The notes beneath the pieces were generated by a model. That model had not been told where the DNA came from, made no database searches, and worked only from the letters and a program-made list of their open reading frames with translations. A DNA stretch of 64,000 nucleotides, taken from positions 55,304,001 to 55,368,000 of the forward strand of contig NC_043006.1 in NCBI RefSeq assembly GCF_006345805.1, given 5' to 3'. Position 1 is the stretch's first letter; the number at the start of each line of letters is the position of its first letter. A program made the position numbers and the translations under genes. The DNA is from Octopus sinensis. Lineage: Eukaryota. Below, piece by piece: positions 40,296 to 54,974 of the stretch.

Positions 40296-41239
40296 ATAGG
40301 TTTATGTTTGTCTGTTATGTTTTATATATATATGAATATATTTGTGTGGGTGTATGTATATATGTATTTGTGTGCATAAGTGTGGGTGTATGTATATGTG
40401 CATATATATGTGTAAAAGGGAGAGCGCGAAAGAAGGAGCGAGAGATAGATATATAGATAGAGAGAGAGGGAGAGATTGAAAGAGGAAAAAAGGGAGAGGC
40501 AGAGAGCGAAAGAGTTTAGAGATTAAAGTGTCACACAATTTGCTTTTCCTTTCGTCACTGTGATCACATTAAGTGCTTTGAAATGATTCCGTCTAAGTTT
40601 ATCCGTTACAGTAATACAATATCAACGAACAGATCGCATTACTGACCAGCTCGTCGCTGAGGCGAAGATGTCACAAACAACAGGCGGTGTTTTAATTTGA
40701 TAAATGCATTAAATCTTGTTTCACGGATGACATACTAAGGTGTTGATAAGACAGTTATAATTTAAATAATAGTCTGTGTATTTGCCTCGTTGTTGACATG
40801 CCAACGAATTAGTGAAAATTCATCCCGCGTTGCGGGTTTATTTCATATGTTGATTGTGATTCAAATATAATGTTTGAAGAAATAAATGAATTCTAAGTTT
40901 TTGCATGAATTCCATAACTTCGTATGTAATATGAAATAAAGGGTATTCGTTCACTGAAACGCAGGTAACTTTGATTTGATGACTTTTTTCCCCAGTTAAA
41001 ATAGTTATTATTCATGTTGTGAGGATTATAACATTTCTATTTAGTATACATGCCCTGGATAGGCGAATTGCTCCTTTTATAATTGATCGTGGTGTAACCA
41101 ATTACACTTCAGTTATTCGAACACTATGCTAGCCCACATAAAGTGCTCATAAGGTGATCGCCTGGATTCTACTTATCCCGTCAATTATCTGTCTGTCTGT
41201 CTCTGTCTGTTTCTGTCTCTGTCTGTCTGTCTGTCTGTC

Positions 41240-42696
<1,457 letters not shown>

Positions 42697-42924
42697 TATA
42701 ATGAAATAAAATTTTTCGGTTGGAATAATTTTCCATTTCGAAGAAATCGAGTTAGCAGTCAAAATGCCGTGATGAAGCCCTTGATGGATTGTAGCATCAT
42801 AATGCTCTATAAGATGCGGAAGATGCACCTTGATAGCGGCGGAAACGTTATGTGGGCGAAAAAAGAACATAAATGGCTGTATAATAAAAAACTGGATATT
42901 CTCTATTCTCCTTAAACTGATTTA

Positions 42925-42939
42925 TCATCATCATCATCA

Positions 42940-42977
<38 letters not shown>

Positions 42978-43068
42978 GTCGTCGTCGTTGTCGTCGTCGT
43001 CGTTGTCATCGTCGTTGTCGTCGTCGTCGTCGTCATCATCATCATCATCATCATCACCATCATCATCA

Positions 43069-43070
<2 letters not shown>
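42925..43070 (+). repeat. Compound (CAT)n/(CGT)n trinucleotide microsatellite
   Basis: Directly visible in the sequence. Confidence 0.95.
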
Positions 43071-43113
<43 letters not shown>

Positions 43114-43121
43114 ATATATAT

Positions 43122-43158
<37 letters not shown>

Positions 43159-43189
43159 GGAGGGCACCTAACTCCACCCTCACATCTGA

Positions 43190-43350
43190 AGAGGACCAGA
43201 AAGAGAACAATAATGTGTTTCCCATTTAACGTAGAAGTTTCCACTAACGTAGCTAAGAGCTTCCTGTCATTGATTAGGAAGCATTTTCCCATGGGCCGTG
43301 CATTCCTTCAACTCATATAACGTCATGGTGAGCTACTCCTTCTTAGATAA
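43190..43350 (+). mobile_element. Penelope-like RT thumb remnant
   Basis: RTRKRTIMCFPFNVEVSTNVAKSFLSLIRKHFP...FNSYNVMVSYS. Confidence 0.65.
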
Positions 43351-43877
43351 TATATATGTACACACATGCGCACACTCCAGACAAAAACATACATACGCAC
43401 GCATGTCCTTGCAGACAAACATGCATGCACTCATACGCTTATATACAAATGCAAGAATGTACAAACGCATAACACCCTTACATGTAACCTTACGCGCACA
43501 CAAGCGTATATAGTAGGCACTAATGCACACGTATTCGCACGCACACACACACATAGACGTACACACGTACACACATATACTCAGGCAACCAATAACACAC
43601 CCACATACTCGCACTCATTTGATATTACAAGCACACACATTCGCCGGCTCAGCCATGTAATGTAGTCCAAGCAATTCATCTTTCTAACGGATCTGATGTC
43701 GCTTAAATGTAGATCTCACTTCTAACAACGCCATGTAACTCGCCCTGGCCCAATTTCCAGTAGCCAACTTAGGCTTCCTGCGTTTCTCTATTCGGTAATC
43801 TAAACCTGAACGAGGTGGGTTTTTGTTAGAGGCCTGTGAAACTTTAAGTCGCATTGAGCCGAATCAAACTGCTTTCA

Positions 43878-44090
<213 letters not shown>

Positions 44091-44760
44091 CATAAAGTAT
44101 CTCAACATGTATTATAGAGCTGCACAATATATTCACTGGGTAATTTGCAAAAGCCTGGATAAAAAACTGGTGGGAACACAAACCACCTCCAGTACTTGAA
44201 AATGATCACATCTCACTCCTCTGGATCTTCACCATTCAAACTGACAGAAAGATAGATGCGAATAGGCCAGACATCATATTGAAAGACTTCAGACAAAAAC
44301 ATGCCTCCTCATTGATATGGCTGTCCTAATCGATATAAACGTATCTGTCAAGACCTACCAAAAACTGAACAAATATAAAGATCTTGAAATAGAAATCAGC
44401 AAAATGTGGAACCTGAAGACTAAAAAAATACCTGTTGCCATAGGTGCCCTGGGAATGATAGCGACAGGGGCTGATTGCTACCTAGCTCAGATACCAGGAA
44501 ACCTCAAAATGGCAGAAATTCAAAAGAGAGTGCTCATGGGAACTGCTCATATCCTACACAAAATACTGTCTACGTAATCTCAAGTTTTAAAACAAACATA
44601 ATTTTCGTATGGCTTCTTAAACATTCTCTAGAACAACACTATGTGCAAAACCAAATATATGGCACCCTAGGCATAATACCAACATGAACATCCAACTTGT
44701 TGTCTCTGGGTGAGACAAGTTGGAGCCAACTTGTACAAATGTAAAGCAAAAGTCAAACAT
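44091..44760 (+). mobile_element. R4/Dong family E 3' fragment
   Basis: RLE C-terminus (ORF 44317-44577) and the same 3'UTR as 28237-28428; (AAT)n on both flanks. Confidence 0.9.
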
Positions 44761-44842
44761 ATAATAATAATAATAAAATAATAATAATAATAATAATAAT
44801 AATATAATAATAATAATAATAATAATGATGATGATGATGATG

Positions 44843-44908
<66 letters not shown>

Positions 44909-44914
44909 GTGATA

Positions 44915-45305
44915 ACAATTTTGGCACAAGGCCAGCAATTTCAGGGAGGGGTAAGTCGCTTACATCAAACCGAGTATTTAACTGGTACTTATTTTATCGA
45001 CACCAAAAAGGATGAAAGGCAAAGTCGACCTCAGCGGAATTTGAACTGATAACGTAGCGACGGGCGAAATACTTATTTCTTTACTACCCACAAGGGGCTA
45101 AACACAGAGAGAACAAACAAGGACATACAAACGGATTAAGTCGATTATATCGACTCTAGTGCGTAACTGGTACTTATTTAATCGATCCCGAAAGGATGAA
45201 AGGCAAAGTCGACCTCGGCGGAATTTGAACTCAGAATGTAGCGGCAGACGAAATACCGCTAAGCAATTCGCCCGGCATGCTAACCTATCTGCCAGCTCAC
45301 CGCCT
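44915..45305 (-). mobile_element. Two tandem family 1 SINE copies
   Basis: GATGAAAGGCAAAGTCGACCTC.GCGGAATTTGAACT occurs twice (~45010 and ~45195). Confidence 0.85.
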
Positions 45306-45355
45306 TCTTAATAATAATGATGATGATGATTATGATGATGATGATTATGATGACG

Positions 45356-45446
<91 letters not shown>

Positions 45447-45465
45447 TAATAATAATAATAATAAT

Positions 45466-46195
45466 CGCAAGACCAAGCTTTGACCACTAACTGGAGGATC
45501 AACCTTAGGAATGAGCAAGTATCTCTGCTGTATCGCATCTGCATTAGAGAGAATGAAACAATTGCCCATATCACAAACGAATGCCTACACTTGCTCCAAA
45601 TCACTACAAGTAGTGACACGACCAGGTAGCGAAAGTGCTACATTGGAAACTGCGCAAAAAGTGGGGCTAGAGAGAGGCAAAACGTGGCATGAGCACAAAC
45701 CGCAAAGAGTGGCAGAGTTGGAGACTGGCAAAATCCTCTGCAATGTCCCAATCCAAACAGATCTGGTACTAGAGCATAACAGACGTGACATAGTGGTAGT
45801 AGACAAGGTGCACCACATATGCTATATAGTTAACGTTGCATACCCCTTTGACTCACGAATAGTCAAGAATGAAGGCGAAAAGATTGATAAATACAACCCT
45901 CTTAAGTACGAAATAGCCTGGCTATGGAAAATGAAGCAGGTGAAGATCGTGCCAATTATTGCTGGGTTCTTGAGGATAGTATCCGAAGGCATGAAGAGGA
46001 ATATAAAAGAAATTGGAATAGAGTGCCCAGTAGAACTGTTACAAAAGGTTTGCTTCCGTGACACAGCCAGAAAAATCAGGAAAGTATTAGATAGCAGAAA
46101 AGAATGTATAGTATGGCACCGTTGGCTGCAGGTAGTAAGCCCAGTACACATGTAAAACTCTAGGAGCCCCAACAAAACCTGTGACAAAGAGAAAT
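45466..46195 (+). mobile_element. R4/Dong 3' fragment (family F)
   Basis: Starts at AQDQAL directly after (AAT)n; contains HNRRDIVVVDK and EKIDKYNPLKYEI (ORF 45511-46155). Confidence 0.85.
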
Positions 46196-46209
46196 AAAAA
46201 TAAAATTAA

Positions 46210-46415
46210 TAACTTCGGCGCAAGGAAAACAATTTCGGGGGAGGCGGTAATTCGATTACATTGACCCTAGTTCCCCACTGGTTCTTATTCTATCGACTCC
46301 TGAAAGATGAAAGGCAAAGTCGACCTCGGCAGAATTTGAACTTAGAACGTCAAGACGGTCGAAATACTGCTAAATATTTTGCCCGGCGTTCTAACGATTC
46401 TGCCAGCTCGCCGTA
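46210..46415 (-). mobile_element. tRNA-derived SINE (family 1)
   Basis: Homologous to the other family 1 copies. Confidence 0.8.
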
Positions 46416-47794
46416 TAGTTTTCTATTGTCGAGAAGTATATTCCTGGTTAAGGCATGTAGCTGTTTAGAAAGTTATTATTGGTTGTGTAAACTGTTGCGC
46501 TTGGCAATTCAAACAACCTATATGTATGCATTTCTTATTTGATGATTAATTGTCTTTTTCAGGTTATATTTCAATTTAGTTGAATAAAGGTTATTTACCA
46601 GAAGATACTCCATCACACTGGTAACAGTAAATAATATTCTGCAATACGTGCGGTCATGTTTACGCTGGCACCTTTGGCACACAGTTTCACGAAAGGCTGA
46701 AGTGTTGAAGCTTCTTCATCATATTTGAACAAGAAAAAAGACAAAACCAAAAAGACAAATACAAAAACAAAGCAAACTTTTCTTTTGTGAAATCATATTT
46801 GACTGCGAGTGACAGCCATTTCTATAAGATATAATACAACTACATGAATTCTACAAAACTAAAATATGAACGCTCACCAATGTTCATCATTATTATATAT
46901 GTAGATAAGAAAGGGTTATGTGTGGATAAGATGGTGGTGACAAGATATCATTGTATAGAATAAATAAAGAAATTAAACTATACTCAAATGTCAGAAAATG
47001 GTGGGAAAATTTGCTTGAAACTGCCCTTAGTTCTATAGTTCAAACTGTCTGTCTTGAAGTGATTTATATCGCTGATAGTAATATATGTTCCAATGAAAAG
47101 ATCAAAAGTTGCACGCTGAACATTATTATTACACTTTATGGTTTAGTATAGAATCACACTGTTACTATATTGTCCGTAAAACAAAAGTGATTCTTTCTGA
47201 TATAATATTAAAAGAATGTAGCAATTGGAACCAAACTTGAGCATTGCAAGCCTGAGGTTTCGGGTTCAGTCCTATTTCACAACATCTTCGCAAATGTCTT
47301 CTACTATAGCCAGTTAATGCCTTATGAGTGAGTTCGGTGGACAGAAACTGTCTATGTTGGGGTTGAAAAAAAAAAAAGGTTATTTTAAAGTTTGGGCCAG
47401 TTATGCTTCTTAAAAGTTTTGTTCTCAAACAGCTAATGCACTCTGTATTTATAGGCATACCTCAATGTATATAGTTTTCGAGGTTCTTTCGACATTGTCA
47501 TTTCTCTTTCTTCCCCTTTCTCTCTTCTCTCTCTCTCTATCATCTATCTGTGTGTGTGTGTATATGTGTGAATGTGTGTGTTTTTCTGTCCGTCTCTCTG
47601 CCTGTCTCCCTCTATCTATCTATATATATATATAATATATATATATATATATCGGATCTCAGAATTAAACAGCCGAAATCTGCGATGAGGGATCAGTTTC
47701 TGACTGAAGAATGAAGGCTTTGAATGACCCGTTTGTCTTTTTGTTCGTCCCTTCGTGTATTTCACGTTTTTTATTTATGTAAAGGTTTATTATA

Positions 47795-47825
<31 letters not shown>

Positions 47826-47844
47826 CGAAAGTTCTGCATTCTTA

Positions 47845-49088
47845 CCTTGTTGAGTTTCTCTATGCAGATGATTGAGACCTGTTGGCACATTCTCAGAAAG
47901 ATATACAGCACATGGTGAATGTGATTTCTGCAGCATGTGCAGCATTGGGTCTAACAATCAATCTAAAAACACTGTTATAATGTACCAGCCCGCTCCTTCC
48001 AAGATGTATGTGGAAAATTTTATAACTGTGAATGGTCAAAGGTTGGAGACTGTACCTAGATTTATTTATTTAGGGAGCACCTTGAGCACGGCTGGTCTTG
48101 ATGATGGAATTACATACAGAATCAGCAGGGCTAGTAGTGCTTTTGGTAGGCTTCATAGGCATCTGTGGAAACAGCATAATATCTTCACAAATAAAAGTTA
48201 AGGTATATAACACATGCATCCTCCCATCTTTGCTATATGGAAGTGAGACATGGATTGTTTACCGTAGGTAGGTAAGGCAATCGGAACGATTTCATCAGTA
48301 CTGCCTGAGAAAAATTTGGGGCATGAACTGGAAAATGGCCATTAGTAATGTGGAAGTACTTGAGAGGAGTAGCAGTAGAAGTATAGAGTCAATGATTTTG
48401 CAAAGACGATTGAGGTGGGGGTGGTGGCATTTGGTAAGGATGAGCGATGAGCGACATCCCAAGCAGGTATCCCAAGCGACATCCCAAGCAGTGAGTTGAA
48501 AGATGACAGGAGACCAGCGCATAAGCCTAAACTAAGGCTTAAGGATTGCCTTAATGATACTCTAATATAAACAGGAATTGCAGCTGGTAATTGGGAGAGG
48601 GAGGCACAAGACCGTGATGGTTGGAGGAATATAGTGCATGATGGTTGTTTAGGGTTTGAGTGGGAGATAGTGAAGTATGAGAGAATTAGGAGGGGGCTTA
48701 GAGGGAGGAAGCTGTGGAAAGTGAGAGAGTGTTGCTTTGTGTGTGTGTGGTTTGTGGGCGGAGGTGTTTGAGTCGTGCAAGCCTGGTGAACCATCAAAAG
48801 TCTCATAGAAATCGACCCATGATAAACAATGATGTGGCTATTAAAATTCATAACAGAACGTGTGTAAAATGCGGAAGGGTGTGCCTCTCAGTTGGAGTAC
48901 TAAAAAGACATGTTAAGAGAGTGCATGTGGTGGCACCTGTTTCTCCTGCCAGCTAGCACAGTTGTCTAGTATGTAATTAAAATATGTAAAAGCTTGGCCG
49001 GGCTTAAAAGTGATATAGGGGAATCACAGGGCAACAATCATGAATCATTTCAGTAAGTCTTCTTGGCTATGGCTTTTCTCGTGCAGCT

Positions 49089-49091
<3 letters not shown>
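47845..49091 (+). mobile_element. 5'-truncated RTE-clade LINE with C-terminal C2H2-like fingers
   Basis: EFLYADD at 47852-72, FIYLGSTLS, RASSAFGRL, LLYGSETW, ERFHQYCLRKI, and terminal CxxC..H..H fingers. Confidence 0.88.
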
Positions 49092-49122
<31 letters not shown>

Positions 49123-49128
<6 letters not shown>

Positions 49129-50225
49129 TAGATAAACTTAGATGTGTTTCGACCAATGATTGGTCCAGGCCATGTCTAACTTAATAGCATCACCTGATAG
49201 GATTATTTGAATCCTGTTTAAGTCAAGTTTTGCTTATGGTCCATTCAAGTAGTGAGTTTTTGTTGGGTGAGTTGTATCCAATTATGGGTGGCTTATCTGG
49301 TATTCCTTGAAGGAATCTATCCAGACTCCGTTTAAAGTTGATGGGATCCTGTTCCTCTTTGATCTCTTTCGGGACAATGTTAAATAGGGCAGGGCCTGTT
49401 GAGGAAAAGAAATTATGTTGTAGTGTATATGTATGCTGTGATCTTGAATTGGGTAGGGGACGTATGGCCCGTGGTCCCAGTCTTGGATGAACCTTGAAGC
49501 TTATGTTCAGGTCGTTTGGGCAAAGTTGGCGGTATATTCTCCACATCGTACAAATGATGTACCGCTCACGGTGACACTGGAGAGAGTAGAGTTTCAAGGC
49601 TTTAAGGCGGTCCCAATAATCGAGAGCAGCCATGCCTTCAAATCGTTTAGTGAGTGCTCTCTGGGGTGATTCAATCCTCGAGATGTTTTGTCTTGTATGG
49701 GGAGACCACAGTGGGCAGCAGTATTCAAGGTGTGGCCGTACAAAGGAGGAGAAGAGTGGTATGATGACACCTTGTTCTCTGGACCGGAAAGTTCTTAAGA
49801 TCCAGGAACTCATCCTACGAGCAATATCGACCTTCTTGTTGATGTGTGCACTCCAACTGAGATCGTCATCAACAATTACACCTAGGTCTCTGATGTTGTT
49901 AGTGGCTGTGAGCGGTTCCCCTGAAGGAAGAGAGTATGGCTGTTTTAGTGAGGAATTTCTTCCAAAATGCATCAGCTCAAATTTTCCCTCGTTCAGTTGC
50001 ATTTTGTTTCTGTCTTCCCATTGACTCACAGCATATAGATCAGACTGGAGTTGAGTTCGGTCTGCTTCTTCATTGACGATTTGCTGGAGCTTGGTGTCAT
50101 CAGCAAATATTTTCAGTTTGCAGTAATGTACGACACTGGAAAGGTCGTTTATGTAGATTATGAAGAATAGCGGACCCAAGACAGTCCCCTGGGCGACACC
50201 GCTGCTGACTTTTGCTGGGCTTCAG
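49123..50225 (-). mobile_element. 5'-truncated CR1-clade LINE in a (TA)n site
   Basis: SGVAQGTVLGPLFFIIYINDL..FADDTKL..RDLGVIVD..VRPHLEYCCPLWSP; uninterrupted ORF to the stop at 49223; (CTAAGTTTAT)n tail. Confidence 0.92.
49223..50179 (-). CDS. CR1-type reverse transcriptase C-terminal 318 aa (truncated TE ORF2)
   Basis: Provided ORF; FADD motif and CR1-typical thumb motifs. Confidence 0.85.
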   Translation of the reverse strand: MGPLFFIIYINDLSSVVHYCKLKIFADDTKLQQIVNEEADRTQLQSDLYAVSQWEDRNKMQLNEGKFELMHFGRNSSLKQPYSLPSGEPLTATNNIRDLGVIVDDDLSWSAHINKKVDIARRMSSWILRTFRSREQGVIIPLFSSFVRPHLEYCCPLWSPHTRQNISRIESPQRALTKRFEGMAALDYWDRLKALKLYSLQCHRERYIICTMWRIYRQLCPNDLNISFKVHPRLGPRAIRPLPNSRSQHTYTLQHNFFSSTGPALFNIVPKEIKEEQDPINFKRSLDRFLQGIPDKPPIIGYNSPNKNSLLEWTISKT

Positions 50226-50230
50226 TATAT

Positions 50231-50295
<65 letters not shown>

Positions 50296-50513
50296 ATATA
50301 CATATATATATGTATGTATGTATGTATGTAATACAAATAAGGAAATGGAGAATTTAAATTTAGTTTGTTCATCAACTTTCGGATATTAGAATGTTGGATT
50401 ATTTATTCATTTAACAAAATGAGAACCTCAATATCATACATATATATCTTATATATAAGATAAGAATACAAATTATAAAAATCATAATATAAATTATTGA
50501 AATCATTAAAATC

Positions 50514-50650
50514 ACTTCTTACAGCTGTTTCAGCCTATGGCTAAAAGTAGTTAATTTTATTTTTATTGCCTATAGTTGTCAACATAATGAGGTTTTAGGC
50601 ATTTAAAAATAGGGTACTCATATATATAACCATAGGCCTCGTCAGGAACT
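50514..50650 (-). ncRNA. Hammerhead-like motif with an 83-nt loop in stem II
   Basis: Minus strand: CTGACGA, 12-bp stem II GGCCTATGGTTA/TAGCCATAGGCT, GAAA, palindromic ACAGCTGT, A17. Stem I is degenerate. Confidence 0.55.
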
Positions 50651-50902
50651 TTAAAAATATTAATATTAATACATTAAACATGATTATTAAACACTTATTA
50701 TTTAATATATATAAAAAATATGAACAAATATACATATAGACATATGCATATACATATATACATACATATACATACATACATACATACATACATACATAAG
50801 CAAAGTGTATATACTATACGTCATATACATATATATATACATATATTGGAACATATAAACACGTCTATGCTTATGACCAGATAAATAATAATCAATTATT
50901 AA

Positions 50903-50959
<57 letters not shown>

Positions 50960-50999
50960 GAAATACGAAAACATGAAATCCGAAATACGAAAAACAACA

Positions 51000-51421
51000 T
51001 GAAATACGAAGACAAACCTTTTTTTACGAACAACGAGAGAAACACATGGAAAACAAGACAAGTAACATAAAGAACGACTCTTCATGAGTTGTCGGCTGTT
51101 TTTCTACTCCACATTTCGAGCAATTCACGACAATATTTGCCTTCGAGAAAACAGTTGCTCCCGTAAAGAAAAAGAAAATTTGGGATTTTGCGGAGGGTCA
51201 AAGTTGGTAACAAAAACAGGATAGTGAAACAAATAGTGAGGGCTGCTAAGCCAGACTGGGTAAAGTGGCGAACGCTGAGAAACATTCTTTGACAGGAGAA
51301 AAGATAGGAGAGGAGACAGACAAAAATACGTCTCGTTTGTGCAACAGACCAGAAAAGAGAGATGAACACTTGTGAAAAAAGATGGAAATTGGTTACGTGT
51401 GAGCAACGAGAGAGCAAAGGA

Positions 51422-51507
<86 letters not shown>

Positions 51508-51745
51508 CAGATATAAAACGGTGAAGAGGAGAAAAAAAGATAAATTTTTACATTTTGGGATGATCATTTTCCTAACTCATGTCGGTTGTCTGGAAATCAT
51601 TCGTCACACATATGTGACCTCCTCAGTAACACTTATTCCATTGGAATAAGCAGAGCAAGAACACAAACAAAGATGGAAATTGTTACTGAGGAGATCACAG
51701 ATGTGTGACGAAAGATTACCGGACAATAGACATGAGTTAGAATAA
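51000..51745 (-). mobile_element. Penelope-like 3' remnant with an inverted pLTR pair
   Basis: LSVRHFTQSG-like GIY-YIG tail near 51250. 60-bp inverted arms at 51572-51631 and 51681-51740. Confidence 0.55.
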
Positions 51746-51864
51746 GAACACATAGTGCGTGTGTTTATTTGGCACCCCCCCCCCAAACTACCATCCCAAA
51801 ATACAGAAATATCTGTTTCAAAACATCAGGAATTTACAACACAAATTCATAAACATATATATAT

Positions 51865-52035
51865 ATAGTTGAAATTTATAGAAAAACAAAAGACGAAGAC
51901 AAGTGTATGAACAGGCAAATGTATTAGTTTGACGCCCGGGAAAATGAAAAAGTCTTTTACACTTGGAGCCTACGCTCTTCAGCAGAAAGGAATAAAAGAA
52001 AATAAACAGAGAAAATGAGACAAAACCCAGCATGG
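51865..52035 (-). mobile_element. Solo pLTR of the family at 37375/40090
   Basis: Colinear with 37375-37540. Confidence 0.8.
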
Positions 52036-52038
52036 CAA

Positions 52039-52104
<66 letters not shown>

Positions 52105-52650
52105 ACACGTACACACAATGCATGTATGGAGAAAGAGAGAGAGAGAGAGAAGAGGTGAACGAGAACGAGAAAGAGGGCGTGCGAAGGGAGAAGAGAGAGA
52201 ATAAGAGAAAAAGAAAGAAAGAAAGAAAGAGAGAGATAGAGAGATAGAGTGTGTGTGAGAGAGAGAGCGAGCGAGAGAGAGGGAGAGAGAGAGAGAGAAA
52301 ACACAAGAGTTGATTTGACTACATGCTCATAAATCTATTTCAGGTTGATAAAGTTTTTGTGCAAAACCAATATATTTCTTGTGTTGAAATTAAATGTTAA
52401 ATTTCAATCAAAGAAATAGCCTAGTCAAAATAAATACACGCTCGTATGCGCGCAAACGAGAACGCACACACACACTACAGTGCAGTATTTTTGCACCACA
52501 CACGTGCACTCGCGTGTGCGCGCACACATACTTACACACTGTAAATTTATCATTATTATTATTATTTATTATTATTATTATTACGGAAATGCGTATATGC
52601 TTTTTAAAGTATAAAATACCATATATCCTTATTTTATTAACACGCTATTC

Positions 52651-52707
<57 letters not shown>

Positions 52708-52984
52708 AATACCGAAAGAAAAAACAGAGATAGATAGATAGGCAGGTAGTTAGATCGATAGATAGATAAAAATAAAGAGACACTGTATGAATGTGTTGGA
52801 CTATTTCATCATAAATCTATTTAACATGTTTGATAAAATTTTTGTGCAAAATTTCAATAATTTTCTCACATTGAATTTCAATGTTAAATTTAACCACACC
52901 TAGAAACGCATTTGTCAAAACATACATGCACATAGGCACATGTGTATGCGTACCCCCCCCCCACATATACACATGTATACAACG

Positions 52985-53250
52985 CAGTCTGTCTGTCTGT
53001 CTGTATGTCTGTCTGTGTGTCTGTATCACTAAAACTCGAGAACTACCCAACCGATTTCATTCAAATTTTGCACATGCCTTACTTAGGGCCCATGGAGCGT
53101 GACGGTCCAAAATAATTTTCATCTTCTTGCCTAATGCAAGCCCGGAGCAATCTCTTATCTTCAGTATTATGCGTCAAAAGTAAAACAATAACATCTCTAT
53201 TGTAATGTGAGATAATACTTTAAGTTTTAATAGATTCACTGCTAATTGTG
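52985..53250 (+). mobile_element. Helitron-derived 5' fragment
   Basis: (CTGT)n followed by AACCGATTTCATTCAAATTTTGCACA, typical of non-autonomous Helitron 5' regions. Confidence 0.5.
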
Positions 53251-53322
53251 AAACTATTATCTCACATATACACATGTACACACACATACATATATATATA
53301 CATATAAATGTATATATGTATG

Positions 53323-53393
<71 letters not shown>

Positions 53394-53522
53394 TATATAT
53401 ATATATATATATATGTATATACATATATATATATATATGTATATACATCTGCACATATATATGTTTATATATGCGTATATATATAGAGATGTTTGTGTAT
53501 AGATGTATATGTATAACATACA

Positions 53523-53574
<52 letters not shown>

Positions 53575-53779
53575 GTGTATATATACATGTATATATGCAT
53601 GTTTATATATGTATATATATGTATGTATATTATATGTATGAATATATGTATGCATGTATATAAGTGTATATATATATGTGTAAATATATATGTATGTATA
53701 TATATGTATATATATAGATGTATATGTATATGGATATCCACATAAAAAATACAAAACTCCACAGTCACAGCAGACATAT

Positions 53780-54215
53780 TTTACAGAAAAACTGACATAC
53801 AGCAATATCTAAATTTCTACTCTTGCCATCCATCATACATCAAAAGAAGCATCGCATACAACATGTCAATACGCTTTTGTGTTATAGTGACTGACTATAA
53901 CTCAAAGGCTTCCTCACAATGCAGAAATGTCCCTCAGGATTAATTAATAAGAGAATTAAAAAGCGATGAAACTGAGAATCACCCAACTACGGATACCTAA
54001 GGAAAATGTTAATGAAAACACGATTCCGTTCGTTAACACACACAATCCTGGAATAACCAGCATCTTTCACGCCATAAAATCGAACTTATCTATACTCCTA
54101 CAAAGACCCAAAATGAAAAATCTGATTGAAAAAAACACCTTACGGAATAGTAGACGCCAACCAAAATATCTTGAAAAACACCCCATAAGGCAAAATACAA
54201 ATCGGGTATCTCTGC
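53780..54215 (+). mobile_element. Penelope-like RT thumb remnant
   Basis: [23 protein letters not shown]...IPFVNTHNP...RRQPK. Confidence 0.75.
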
Positions 54216-54538
54216 TAGTGTTTTATAAAGTTTAAAATACCAAATCTATTTTCTGTATACACATACATACATACATACATACATACATACATACATACAT
54301 ACATACATACATACATACATACATACATACATGCATACATACATACATACATACATACATACATACATACATACATACATACACACACACACGCATGTAT
54401 ACATATATATGAAGGACCCCTTCGGTCATCAATGACTATGGGATAAAGACAGAGAGATAGAGATAGCTAGATAGATAAAGAGACAGATAGATAGAGATAG
54501 ATAGATAGGTAGGTAGAGAGAGAGCGAGCGAGAGAAAG

Positions 54539-54576
<38 letters not shown>

Positions 54577-54773
54577 GGTGAATGTTATTTTTTGTCGATA
54601 ATATTTTTTGTCTCCATTTGTTTCATATAGATTTTATGCGGTATATCAAAAATTATCTTGCGTTCAATTTTAATGTTAAATTTAACCATATCACGAAACG
54701 TATTTGTCAAAATACGCACACATGTACATACACACACACACGCGCATGCATGCACGCACGCATGCACACACAG

Positions 54774-54842
<69 letters not shown>

Positions 54843-54974
54843 AGAGCGCGCTCAAAATGGTGTTTTTTACACAAAGCTGATAGGAAGAACTCATGGATGA
54901 AACGTGCTATGATCTCATAGTCTCAGAGTAGCTAATTTCAATGAACTTCAAAATTTAGTTACGATATTTCATTC

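Larger units (their letters stand above)
52311..54720 (+). repeat. Three clustered copies of an AT-rich core, each between (GA/GATA)n and (CA)n
   Basis: Core ...AATGTTAAATTT(A/C)A.CA...GTCAAAA at 52311-52440, 52795-52930 and ~54600-54720. Confidence 0.6.

Noticed and set aside
46563-46620. + strand segment with a good acceptor and GT donor
   Set aside because: Stops in all three frames. It could only be non-coding and has no other support.
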